This document shows, one piece after another, positions 49,401 to 62,539 of a DNA stretch of 64,000 nt. A program made the position numbers and the translations under genes. Position 1 is the stretch's first letter; every line of letters begins with the position of its first letter. The notes below the pieces were generated by a model, which was not told where the DNA came from, did not search any database, and saw only the letters and a list, made by a program, of their open reading frames with translations. The stretch is from Bugula neritina. Taxonomy: Eukaryota > Animalia > Bryozoa. The stretch covers positions 21,795,319-21,859,318 of the forward strand of contig OZ037768.1 of the NCBI GenBank assembly GCA_964035545.1, given 5' to 3'.

Positions 49401-50355
49401 TATTATTGTTTTTCACTATATGCCATCCAATATCACATCATTTGTGTGCGTGTGTGCGCTCGCGCGTGTGTGTGTGCATGCGCTCGTGAGTGCGCATGCG
49501 TGTGTGTATTATAAGCCACATTATAACTTTGAGGCTGGTAAAAATATGTACATAGTACACACATGATCACTAACTCTTGACTGTCCACTCACTACACACG
49601 TGTTATATGACCTCAGCGAGTAATGGTTGATGATTTGTTTAGTTTAGTAGCCGTTCATGCAGGAGAAGAAACAGCACAGAAAGCTTCTAGTCAGCCATTC
49701 TGTGTACCATCAGGAGCGTCATATGTAGATCAAAATATTTTGAAATTCAACACTTGCGTTGAGAGGTATGGCCTGCCTACATGATCTGTATAGGATTGTA
49801 AATTTCTTTGTTTTTTTTATTTGAAGCCAAGCGTTTTATATTATATCTTAAAATGTATATATGTGACTGACCCTGTTTGTGTAATTTCTCTCAAATGGCA
49901 ATGAAAGTTCAGCTGTTAAAAAAAACTGATTTGTCCGTGTCATTGCTTTTATTAATCATACTGGACTGTGCAAAACTGATTACTACACCTTTTTTTATAT
50001 CTGGTCATATTTAAATTACAAAGGTGGATTTAACTTAAGAATTCATGCACATAACTTGGCGAAGTCATGTTTTTAAAGAATTAGCCAGAACTGGTCCGTT
50101 ACAAAGCAGATATTAGCTGCTTCTAACAAGTCTTGGATGAGCTTAATGAACTGGCGAGATAAATGAAGTGTATTCGATTTGTCTAGTAAACTTTTCAGAT
50201 ATGCTGGGAGAGGAACCCTGGCCTATGATGACTATACTGATCCATGGTGGTGTGACACTCATTTCATTCGCTTAGATGAGGACCACTTTGCGGTACACTT
50301 TTTCTATGGACATTACCTAGGGTTCTACACAAGACATAGGGACATTGTGTTTTAA
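46433..50355 (+). CDS. FBXO31: F-box protein, FBXO31-like
   Basis: Exons 46398/46433-46574, 47059-47141, 47244-47332, 47644-47919, 48429-48578, 49070-49164, 49643-49765 and 50199-50355 join in frame. F-box LPQEIWLKVLSYLD; YKYLLGYWQ; GVYKSIYGPHGEE..TKILGDRNVPFG..IDL; QPFCVP; YAGRGTLA..LDEDHFAV. Confidence 0.82.
48090..48262 (-). mobile_element. tRNA-derived SINE copy, same family as 10050 and 12385
   Basis: Minus strand ggtgatgctaggaagggcacccagtcataattgctcctgt. Confidence 0.7.
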
Positions 50356-51111
50356 CCTAATACATCATTTTGTTTCAAAAAATTTCTTTAGACATTATTT
50401 CTAGCATGTTTTTTTTATAGGTTTTTTTATTTAAATACAATAATATTTGTGCAATAGCATTTTCTCTGTGATAACATACTTTGATAAATTTTTAAGAATT
50501 TATTATTCAATAACCCATTTCTTCCGTTGCAAAACAACAATTCATTGTCTAACAACGTAACAAGAATGATTAACACATCTTCAAATGACAGAAGTGCTAC
50601 ATGGTTAAAAATAAATTTCATTATTCAACAAGTTTACAGATTGTTTGTTTCAGAACATCTATTTAGTTTATAAGTTTATTCTATTGAATTAAGTTTATTT
50701 TAAAAGGACAGTCCTGAAATAGTGTTATGTCAATATAGCAAAAGTTGCACTAGCTAGCATCGTGAGCATAATGATAGCAATCTCACAGTAAATTAAAATA
50801 AATAAATAATAATTTCACAACTCTCATTCTTAATTTTGCCAAAAATCTAAACACAGAGGTTATGAGAGTGAATCTTTTACATTTCTAGTGAGCTATTGTA
50901 ACCCTGAACAAATAAATAAATGTTTGTTTACGGCTATTAAAATATTTCTGCCAGAAAAGTCAAGTATAAAAGGACTTATGTAGCATAATACGCTTCAGTC
51001 ATACAACTGCAGTTCCACTGGATGAGGTGGTCCTCAACCTTTGCTGATAGTCTCACAAAAACCCTTTCTGCCCAATCAGACACCAGCTATGGGTGTTGAG
51101 GTGCTGAATAC

Positions 51112-54100
51112 TCAAGTAACCAAATTGCTGACTTTATTATCATTGTGGGATATAGCGTTTTCCAGCAGCGTTGTCCATTGTACGTCCTGCTCTGTGCAGA
51201 AGTGTGATTCCCTAAAGTAACAGATAATAAAACAACTGTAAACAGCGAAATAAAAACCTCTATATAATATGAATAAACAAAGCACTTTAGCAAACAAAAT
51301 GAAATCATTAATAATCTGTTCTTTGAACGAATCACAATTTGACTTGAATATTTAAAAAATTTGGTTAGTAAATTCACAAGAAATAGAATAAAATGAAATA
51401 CTAAATAATAACCAAACTTTACCGAAATACTGCGAGTAGGGAACTCAAATGATTGGCAAGAGGTTTAAAAGTTCGTCTGACTTCAACCACTGAGACTGGA
51501 GAGTAGAGAGAGACTGCAAAATCATCTACTGTTTCACTTGTCTTATCAATCACATCACCCAAAATATCGGCATCAGTGACTTGCTGGGCAGTCTCGCTGT
51601 GTCCATTTACCTAAAGTCAAAAGATATATGATTGGATAACTCACAGTCAAAACACCAATGATTGGTCAATCAAAGTAGCATGACTGAAATGAAGGTAATA
51701 GAAAAGGTGTTGAAAGAATAAAATTAACAGTATATAAAATAATTAAAAAGATTAAAGAAAGAATAAAGAATTAAAGGTATAAAAGAATTAAAAGTATAAG
51801 CGCCAACATTTCCATTTAACAAAATTAACATAAATAATTGTTGTAAGCAATAAGGATGTTAAACTTTACGTGAATTAATCACAAGAGCATAACTGAAACT
51901 AATGGAGCTGCAAAGTAACCATGTTTGGCTCAGCATCTTTAAAGCGCCTAAACCATTGTTGGAAGAAGTTGTGTACTCTCCAATTTACCATTATCAGATG
52001 GAATGTGGGCTAAAATAGAAGACAACTTCTGCTGTGAATAAATCCTGTACCTGTATAGATTTTAGAGACTTGTGTAGCAGTATCTTCGCTGTTTTCACTA
52101 GTCCTATGCCAGCTATTAATATAGAATAATCGTATTGAGATGACGACTCCTCAGAGCTCTCACTTGGACAAGTTTTCTTGATCTGCAAACAACAACCCTA
52201 TAACCTGACCTAGCAACTCTAGGAGACATGCAAATGGTAAAATAAAGGTGAAACAATCTGAAAAGCCAACAGATTTCCTTTGAGATGTCATGTTATAAAC
52301 AGCTATACGAGTTTTACAGACAATAGTTTGGGAGTTGTCTTCTAAATCACTAATAAACAGGAGCAGTAATTCGTTGCTTTTAGACAGTTGCTAACTTATA
52401 ATTGATATACCAGCCTATCAGTGTCTATTAGATAATATATGTGACCTATATACTATATATAAATCTCTAGATTGAGTATTTGTAATAATCATATGTACCT
52501 CCTCCAGCTCAAACAAAGCATCATTTACCAGCTCCAACACCTGCTTCTGTTTTTCAACCAGGCTGGATTTGTTGTCTTTGGGCATATTATTCACAGCAGA
52601 GCACAACTCCCATATTGCTCCTGTACTCTGCGCTATACTGTAAGATTCATGCATTGTGAGTCTAGAATGCATTTGTGGCACCATTTATTTTTCCAGGAAA
52701 GATACCAGTTTGGCTGAACTAAGTAACTATTGCTAACTATTTAGACATTACAGTTGCAACAGACTAAATTTTGCCATCCTTATATCAAACGACACTTAAA
52801 GCCATGAGCGTACAGCTCCAGTCTTACAATAACTTATAAACCTTCACTATAACCTATAAACTATAAAATCAAATTAATTGGCTTATACTTTACTTTCATG
52901 TGACTAAATACAAAGTAATAGTTATGATAATACAGAGTAGTACATATGATAATACAAAGTAGTAGATATGATAATATAGAGTAGTAGATATGATAATACA
53001 AAGTAATAGATATGATAATACAAAGTAGTAGATATTATAATACAGAGTTAGCCTAGGGCCACACTGTGCGTATTTTCGCATGCGAAAATTGAAATCACAA
53101 GTAGCAAAGGTGTCCACTGTGCGCGTTGAGAAAACGCCTTTGCTACTTGTGGTTTCAATTTTCGCATGCGAAAATACGCACCGTGTGGCCCTAGGCTAAT
53201 AGATATGATAATACAGAGTAGTAGATATGATAATACAAAGTAATAGATATTATAATATAAAGTAGTAGATATGATAATACAAAGTAATAAACAAACCTCT
53301 GTGTATCGGAGTTCCACAAAGTTTTGGAATATCGTAACAAGGTGGTGAGTAACACTACATAGAATCTGTGCCACCTCCCAAACAGCATCTGACCTGAATA
53401 AAGAGAGGTATAGCTGTATGTTTGGTATAAAAACTAAAAATATTTCTTGATTATCATTCCGAGACATAATTCTTTTTCTTGTAGAAATCTTACAATCACA
53501 AGGTCGTGCAGTTTTCCGAATAAGAGATTTATTTATGCAGAAACTTCTCACTTTATGGCTCCCTTTATTTCACTATCATTGAAAAATTGTTTGTATACGA
53601 ACAATTAGCACACATTAAAAAACTGTAACTATGTTTCAGTTCAACCTATGAAATTTGCTAATAAATATCCAGGCTGGTAAAAGTTTCTTAGCAGGCTTGT
53701 GATTGGACAGAAACAATAGATAATACAGTCAAGACAAAGAGAAGACAAACCTTGCTGTAGAGGTAAATGATAAATGCTGGAAACAAGAGCAAGTACACAC
53801 TTAGTTCCACCATCAAACAACTTCTCTGCATCTTTACACTTGGGGAACGGCTTCGATGAATATGAAACTGATAGTTTATTCACTTCCTTTTGAAGCAAAT
53901 CCAAGATGCTGTCTATTAAAAAACAACAATGCTTAGAAATATCAAATGCTCCATGTTTGCACATGCATTTCTGTTGAAGCATAAATGATTGAAGTAAAGC
54001 AGTACAACAAAAGATATGTTATGTAAACCTTCAGCTCCAGCTATTAGTTCTACAAACAACTTTATACCTTGCTTAGTCCAGAATACCCCAGCATTGAAAT

Positions 54101-54328
54101 CACCAATTTCTGCTTTCCAATTTGTCTCTCCTGAAATAGAAGACTGAAGTGATCGAAAAGAAATAATGGGATGGGAAGCAAACGCAATTTATTTCTATAT
54201 AAAAATAGCCACACTATATATACTATATACTAACCTTTCACTTGATCTAATGCACATTGGATTTGTTCAGTAAATAATCTGGGGGCTTGTAAGCAATCAC
54301 ACAATGCCAAACATTCTGTTGAACTCAT
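51112..54328 (-). CDS. CCNDBP1: Cyclin-D1-binding protein 1 (GCIP) homolog
   Basis: Exons ~54328-54235, 54130-54068, 53912-53751, 53393-53299, ~52637-52498, 52182-52051, 51610-51423 and 51211-51112. Motifs FW..LQKEVNKLSVSYSSKPFP, YHLPLQQG, IWELC..MPKDNK..VNDALFELEE, GLVKTAK, VDDFAVSLYSP and WTTLLENAISHN. Confidence 0.85.
52915..53290. repeat. 22-bp intronic minisatellite (gtagtagatatgataatacaaa)n interrupted by a MITE
   Basis: Tandem units run on both sides of 53051-53196 up to the donor at 53298. Confidence 0.85.
53051..53196. mobile_element. Palindromic MITE (PIF/Harbinger-like ends)
   Basis: ~63-bp TIRs gcctagggccacactgtgcgtattttcgcatgcgaaaattgaaa.. with a ~20-bp spacer; flanked by TTA/TAA. 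Confidence 0.85.
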
Positions 54329-55442
54329 GACTAATCTGAACTCTGAAAAAGTTATAAGAAATCAATATTTTATTTGCTAGCGCTAGAAAATATAATTTAG
54401 TGCAATTTTTATACGCTTTTAACTATACCTTCACCTTAGCACCTCTTTGTACCATTCGAATGTTTAAGACTCAGTATATCAAGAAAACTTCAAAAACACA
54501 TTTTACAAAAATACTCACAAAAAGTCTCATTAATGCATCATTTAACCTTGCACAATGTATTCATAAAAACACCTTTGCTTTGTTTTACAATGCATTCATG
54601 CTTGGTGAATTCAGTAAATTTCAAATGTTCCAATAATGCTAGGTGACTAAAAACATTTTCAACAACATTGACAATCAATTAAAATTGGAGTTTTAATGAA
54701 CTCTTTAAAATTCCAGACCTACAGTTTGCTAGGATTAAAGAAAGCTCATAAGTGAGCATTTTTAGTGCTTATTCTGATACAAATAATCTAAGTAACTTTA
54801 GGCAAAGCTATAAAATCTGGCAATTATATCTTTTTATCATAGTGAGTCCAACGTCTACTTGAATAATGAATTATTATACGCCAGCCAAAAATTTTTAAGT
54901 ATACTATGTGATCAAAAATGGCATAGAGTCAAAAATACCTATAATTTTAATAATAAAATCAATTTCTATTTATATACATGGTGACAATTATAAATTTGGG
55001 CATTAGTTGGTTGGACATGCAGTTTTAAAAACTTACACTCGAAACATAAAATAAATCAACAATATTATAAAGCATCATGATTATGATTTTCTAAAAGTAA
55101 ATCCGTACATTACCTAGAAAATGCAGAATTACTATGAATATGAGTATACTGTAAGTGTATAGCTATCAGCTATGAGCACCAATATTACTACCAGTACAAT
55201 AGTATAATAATATTATTCCCTATAAATATCCATGCTAATTGTTTAGCACAATCTATAGTAATGACTAATGAGAATACTAATGACTAAGTCTAATGAGCAG
55301 TAGCTTTTTGAAAAAAGATATTAATAATAAAATTAAATATAATTAAAATTACTATGTCTATTAGTATTACTATTAGTATTAGATAATCATAATAATAATC
55401 GTAATGTTATTAATGATAATGATAATCATAATGACTAATACC

Positions 55443-55740
55443 TGTCGATGTTATCTCCACACTGGACCTCCCTAAAGGGAAGATGGGGTGTACCGTATAT
55501 AAAAAATGAGTTGTCAGTACTTGGGCAGTAGTCTAAAAAAATGTTAACATTCTTGTGCAGATTAACTAGCCTGTCTGTGTGTGATTTACAGTTATGGGCC
55601 ACTCTGAAAGTCATTCAATCAGTGCTGATCCTCATATCTCTAATCGTTCTTGGGAGAAAACTATAAAGATATCCATTCTTGTTTGCTCTCACTGATTTGG
55701 GAAGTCCTGAAACCATTTTGCAACAAGAACCTTCACATTC
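55443..55740 (-). mobile_element. 3' end fragment of a CR1-group LINE
   Basis: Minus GLPKSVRANKNGYLYSFLPRTIRDMR plus a 3' UTR with tagggaggtccagtgtg, similar to the LINE end at 46000-46250. Confidence 0.7.
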
Positions 55741-56379
55741 AATATATCAATACGAATATTAATACATCTATTTCTAATTCTATACTGATTAATATTATCA
55801 TATTGATATTCATATTGATAAAATTAAATGATAGTACTATCAGTTTGAGTATGAGTATCACTATCAGTATCACTATCAGTTTCACTTATTTAGTTATTAA
55901 TAATCAATTATTTGTAATTTAAATTATACATATTTATAGTTATACTAATACTTAGTACTTACAGTTACTACTTATAGTTATTTACTTATTAGTTATTAGC
56001 TATTGAAACTGAATAGCATTAGCTTATAGTTATACTTACAGTTATGTTATTATTATTATTATTAATAATAATATTAATTATTATTAATATTAATTTATTA
56101 TATATTATTTAATATCAATATTTATATTGCCATTGGGCGGCATCATTCATTCATTGGCATTTGACTTTCACTTTGAGTTTGTGTATCAAATGTAAAACTG
56201 GTGAAATTTGAAAGAAAAAGCAATACCACCAATGATTATAATTGTCTAACGTAAAAATAGTTTTTCAAAATACAAATTTGTATAAAGTTCATCAATATTA
56301 ATTTTATAGCAGTAATGAATAATTATAATGATAATCATAAGGAATATTCACAAATTTGGTGTCGAGTTCAGCATGTCAC

Positions 56380-56900
56380 GTGGGATGAAATTTAGAAAGT
56401 ATATTCAATGGGATCACTTATGCTTAAATAAACCCGCCGCTAGCTTTATCGTTAGCTCAAACGTACAACTAGTAAGTATTATAAAAATATTCTTTTATTA
56501 TTTCTATCTTTGAGTTTGTTGAAAGATACTAATGTGTAAAATATGATTAGCTGTTTAAAAGCAAAAACATATTTAATATTGAATTTATTATCACAATTTA
56601 AATATATGTTGAATCTCAAATAAAATCTCTCTGTTGTATAGAATTGGCATTGCTTTCCAGTTCACTTCCTTGAGATTTCAACTTCACGCCATATTTTAAA
56701 ACTCCGATACTATTTTTTAGTCGTATAACAGTCTGATAATTTCTTGGTTGTCGCTTTATGATTGGATTTACTTGGCTAATAAAGTCAACTACATCAACAA
56801 ATCACGCAAGCAATGCAAAATATGAAACACGTTATTAGTAGTAATAGATTACCAGCAGAAATCCTGATTGGCTTAATACTAATAGAAGTAGCACTTTTGA
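56380..56900. promoter_or_regulatory. Probable bidirectional promoter CCNDBP1 (-) / MYDGF (+)
   Basis: Lies between head-to-head genes. Contains E-box TCACGTG (~56376), YY1-like CGCCATAT (~56687) and two ATTGG (CCAAT) boxes (~56761, ~56867). Confidence 0.5.
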
Positions 56901-57387
56901 TGGAATTAAAATATTTGTAAAATTATAACTATAAGTTACTACGTTTTGGTACTAAATTTAATACATTTATTTTGTAATGTTGCTTTTTTAAACATATGCC
57001 TATGGCAATAACTGTCCGAAAATAATATATCTAAAGAGTAAAGTGTGTACCAGTATGAGTATAACTATAAGTTAGTATAAGTATAAGTGAATTTGAAGGA
57101 AAAATCATTAAATAAATGAATTCAAATTGAAATTTATTACTTAATAATAATAATCATTATCATTATTATAATTTAAATTGTAATATTATTAATATAAATA
57201 CTCAATTTTAAATAGTAATAATATTATTATATTAATATTTACTAATACTAGTCATTGTCAAGTTTAACATACATCATTATCATACAATACATGTACTTGT
57301 AGTTTCAATTCAACTTCAGGTACTGTGAAAGTCTAATTAGTGAACTACAATCATCATCATCGTAATCAAGACTGTGAATATTAGAAT

Positions 57388-60293
57388 ATGTACATACACC
57401 GGCTGAATTCGTTGGTGGTCATTGTGATTTTGGCAATTATAACACGATTAGCAGCTTCTTCCGAAATTTATCATTTCGAATTGAAGCCGGCTGGCATAGA
57501 GCAGCATGTTCAACATGAGGCGGTAAGATTAACTCGAACTAGTTGATAACATAAACACAGTTGTGAGTTGTGATCATAGGTTGACTATGATAGAAACCAG
57601 TTGTAATCACCATGACTACTTTCAGCTTGCCAGTTAATGAGTTATATATACTTATTAGTTATTACTAGTTGTCTGGTCGTTGTAACTGTCCACAGCAATT
57701 TCAAATTTAGATTCAGGGCTGGTATACAAAATACTGTCTACCATAATCATTTACTAGTGACCCAAAGTTACTTACTGAATTGGATTTAGTTTTAGTATTT
57801 CTAATAAAAAATATATGCACTGTACATTAATAATTGTCATTACAATTGGTGAAATTATAAAAAAAGAACAGTTAGTTCTAGGCTGATGAACTATAAACTT
57901 AAAAATGGTATTTTGTCCTTGTTATTGTAGTATGGAGTGCAATGCAGCTTTACTTACTCTGCAGAAGGAGGGACTAAAGAAGTACGTATACATAAAGCAT
58001 AGATTTTACATAGATTATGTCACAGTCTACTCACCTTTTACTAGCAGTCTCTGTATGGTAGTTATTTCTTTTGATGCTTATGCTTATTCTCACACTGGTA
58101 AGTTATTTGCCCAATCCTTTTATTTTATAAAGTTCTTACGCCAGTGAAAGCAATAATATAGTTTTTGTTGCTTTAGAACTGAATAGAGCAAAGCTGTAGA
58201 AAGCTTTTGAATTTTAATTTGCTGCGGAGTGGAACTTTTTCTTTAACTGAAAATAAAGCTGTAAACTTGGTTGCAAATGCCACGAAAAATACAGTTTACA
58301 AGCTTCTTAATCATTTTTCAGACTCAGGGTTGTGGACCTGTTACTTTTGAGTATTCATTTAAACACTGGTGAGCTAGCAATTACTAATTGCCATCCGACC
58401 TTTTCTCATCTATTTAAAGTTCTAAACACACTTGGCCAAAGTATGCTATAGTAGAGTGAAATTTCACTAATTTGCAATATTTATGCTGCAAAGCACAAGC
58501 AATGAACTTTAAAAGTTTCACTTCTGTTTGACAAAAATAATGTTTCAGATTATGTAAAACTTGCAGAACACCACTAGGCCACTATTAAATCCCTCAATTT
58601 AATTGTAGAAACCTTGCACTCACTCTGTTGCATAATATATTTGACAAAGTGAATAGAAGATGATTTTATCCCTTTACTGTGTTTTCTGTTTTCACCCTTA
58701 TGCGAAATATTTGAGTATAATACAATAATAATACAATGTGAATATGGCATTAAGTAACTGTTCTGTTTCTAAATTTTGCTTGCAATCACTATTTATATGC
58801 AGCTTTTAGAAGTTGCTTTCTCACGTATAATGCAACTGTCAGCCAGGTACTTATGATATTAAGATTTATTAGTGAAAACTGAATAGAAATTTAAGTCAAG
58901 CAAAAATATTATAAATAATCCTTCTTTTCTTTTTTAAAACAGAAATGAAAAGTAAATTTCTATAGAGATGTAAATTAGTTCGTAGATTCGTGGTGCTAAT
59001 TAACACCATACAAGCAGAAAATAATGTTAAATTTTAGTTAAATGAATGGATTCAAATTGTCTTTTACACAGCATATACTATGTCATGCACTCATGTTATA
59101 TCATTAGGGGTTGTTCAAAAGCAGTTGCTAGTGTTTCAACAAAATCTCAAATGTGACAATACAGCAACAATTGCTTTCTGCATACTGTTAGAAGAGACAA
59201 CTCCCTATTTCATTTTGTGTTCCTTGTGCATAGCATTACATTTATACTTGATAAAACTTGTGGACGGCTGTGTTGTTGATCAACAGAATGTCTCTTACAT
59301 TTTCTAGCCAGTGTTAGGTGTAATGGGGAGAAAACTCTGAATGATAATTACTTTTTACCACTCTGTATTATGCTCACAGTATACATAAGATTATATATAT
59401 AGCATGTCATGGTGTAACTTGATTCCAGCTCTGGTCTGTGGACATCAAGCGTAGCAAGGATCATAAGGACGTTCTCTGTGTGATCGAGAGGCCTGATAAG
59501 CAGTCCTACCTCATGTTTGAATCCTTCTCCGTGCATGTCTCCAATGCTAATATCAAAAATGCAAAAATCTATGTAAGTGAATGCTGTTGTAAATGGCTAT
59601 TTTTATCATCACTTTTTACTCTCAGTGGTGGTATCTGAATTAAATTTATAGCAGCTCTCTAATGAAGTGTTAGCCTCATCACAAAATGTTTATAGTAATA
59701 TATTTTATATTGTTAAAACTGCCAATTCGTTCATTGGTCACTGCAAACTTGAAGTGAGTTTATCAAGCATTGCAGTCTTTTACTAGAAAAGATCATTTAT
59801 GTACTATATCACATTTCTTATTGCAGAAAGACCAAGATAATAAATTGCCAGATGATATGCTAGTCATAGACCACAGTAAACAAACAGGTAAAATATATTT
59901 TTACGTAATGAAAATATTGTTACTACAATTATGCTACATTGTTTAGAGGTTCTATAATATTGTAATACCCAAGAATTGTTATATATATCTTCTTGAAGGC
60001 AATGAGTTTAATTTACTGGTGCAGCTGTGTTTTCTTTTAGGCCAGTTTACTTATAGCATTATATTTATAGCATTTGCACTATAAATTTGTAGGGGTTACC
60101 ATGTAGTGGCTGTTGATTGCTTATTTTCAAATGTCAATATTTGCATCACTCCTTGTCAATGTATAACATAATATTACCACTGTGACTTGGGACAAAGTTT
60201 AATCTTTTTATAGTCAGTAACTCGGATTCTTTCAAGAACGAAATGTCAAGGTTGAGAATACGCGCCTCCATACGAAGTCGCAGTGAACTTTAG
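57388..60293 (+). CDS. MYDGF: Myeloid-derived growth factor homolog (ER-lumenal)
   Basis: Exons 57388-57522, 57931-57981, 59429-59572, 59827-59887 and 60214-60293. Signal peptide, FELKPAG, CSFTYSAEGGTKE, LWSV..CVIERPDKQSYLMF and C-terminal RSEL* retention signal. Confidence 0.92.
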
Positions 60294-62539
60294 CCTATAA
60301 GTGAGAATAAACTGCCGCTTGTACTAATAATGGACTTTATATTCAGCATAGCTGAATGAGTATTCCACTGCTTGTATTTTATGTGTTTTATTATAATCAA
60401 TAAAATAACTTAATGAACAAAGTAATTGTTTTAAAATTTAGCAAAATGAACTTCAGCAGTAGGCCATTTTCTATACAGGTATATGTTGTTGTACCTTAAC
60501 TGTCAGGAGGAAATAATTCCTACTTGAAGTCAAGCTTAGTAAAATAATGAAAGTGGCACAAAATGTTTGTGCTTTGGTGAAGTTCAAGTCTATGTTATAA
60601 GCAACTGACAAAATGGTTGCTTGTTCAGTAACAAAGCACTTAATTTGAGTTTGAACTCGCAACCAACAAATAGGAACTCGGAAGATTGATATCCATCAAA
60701 TCTTATATAAGTTATTCGCTCAACTATAATGTATTTTTTACAATAACAAAAATTTCTGTGCATGTAACTATAATGCACAAAACATTATTTTATCTAAAAT
60801 ACATTAAATATGCAGTTGAATTACCAAGTCATGGCTAGGATAAATGTAATATTCATTAGACATTATTTATTGCTGGTGTTTGCATATATCACAATATACA
60901 GTAAACATATAATATCAAGTTGTAGGTCTTATAGAAGAGAAAAAATCAAGATACGTTCCACTGCATTGATTTGCTTCACAAGTATGTGAGATAAAGTGTT
61001 ATAAAGGTTATAAACCTTTTTATGTAGTGCTATATATAAACGTTCACATGCATGCAGTTCACAGAGTATAATATATAAAGTTATCTAAGAGTAGCCCCTG
61101 CAGTGAAATTACTCTTTAAATTACGAGCTCTAATTGGTATTGATTTACCCCTTCCTACTCAGCAGCTGGTACTACTAGTCTTTGTAAGTGGCTTAACATT
61201 TAATCCTCCAGAAGTTTTAAGTTACCTGACTTCTTTTGGGAGTGGCCAATTTGCCACCAGTCTGTATTTACCTGCTATACTGTAATTTGAGGTGGATGTC
61301 TACATGTATTGATTATGACAATTACATAATAATAGTGTTCTGTGAACTGTAACTTTTCAATCTACCCACTCTGACAACAACAGTGATTATATAAGAAATT
61401 AGGTTGCATGAATCAAGGAGGCAATTAGATAAGGAATTACTTCTAAAAGCAATTTGTGAATTGATAAGACAAATGCACTATAATATATCTAATTATTAAG
61501 AAGCAGAGTGCATCAATTGATTTAATTTTATAAACCTTGCAAGGCTTTTTTCCTCTCATGTAGAATAGTTATTATTTTGTAAACAGTATTGCATTGCACA
61601 AGATTGTATTATATATAGTCCTATGTGACTTTATGTTGCACAGTGTTATAAAGTAGATGTTATAAAATTTATTAACTCACAATAAATCCAATTATTTGCC
61701 ATTTTAATCCATGAAAAGGTTTAATGCAATTCACCTGTAACACTTTCTAAACTGAATTCACAGGTAAATTTTTAGCCTGAACAATTATTCAAACCATTGA
61801 TTATCAATTGTGATTTAATTTAGAATTTATTATTGTTACAGGTTTAGCAGATCAGTTATTTGGCAAACATGGGGCTTGTGTTAATTATTAATACCTGTAG
61901 CTCACTCTGCTCTAAATATATCTTGTGTAAGTTTGAATGCCTTTTTCGTCATTTTGTATTTTTGATAAAATGATTGTATATGTGAATTTTGCTTCCATCT
62001 AGTTTTTGTAAGTAAAAAGCTTGAAATGGCTTGATAATGACATTTTATAAAATGCAGGTTTAGAAAGACCTTAATTGTTAATTTCAGAAATCTTTGTGGC
62101 ATGATAAATTTTTTGTCTTTAATGATATTAAACAAGCAACTTGCAAACCTAAACACAGACCAAGTATTATTTAAACAAAGTCTGCAATCTTTCGACTCTA
62201 TCTTCACCTCTAGTCATGCATTCAACATAAAACTAGTTATGTGTATCATGCAAGCAAGTTTCTACTTTTTCAATTTTAGTTCTGCACAAAATGCTAATTC
62301 ATGTTCTCATACTTATAAGACTAAAAAGCCATAATAGAAAACAATTACTGCTAAAATAATTGTCCTTTTAAAATTTCAATCTGTGGAAATTTGTAACAAA
62401 CTAATAACATTTCTTTGAAATAAATGTTAACGTATTTGTATGGCACAAAGTTTTATTACATATTATAAAAAGGTTGAAGATTTATATTTGATCTCTATAA
62501 AAAGTGTTCATACAATCAGTTAATTTCTATAGTCTTGTG

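Noticed and set aside
49440-49507. Alternating purine-pyrimidine (TG/CG) tract as a regulatory Z-DNA element
   Set aside because: An ordinary degenerate dinucleotide microsatellite in an intron, with no supporting evidence of function.
53299-53393. Frameshift in CCNDBP1 exon 4
   Set aside because: The GQMLFGRW..DTQ frame fits the phases of both neighbouring exons, so no frameshift is needed.
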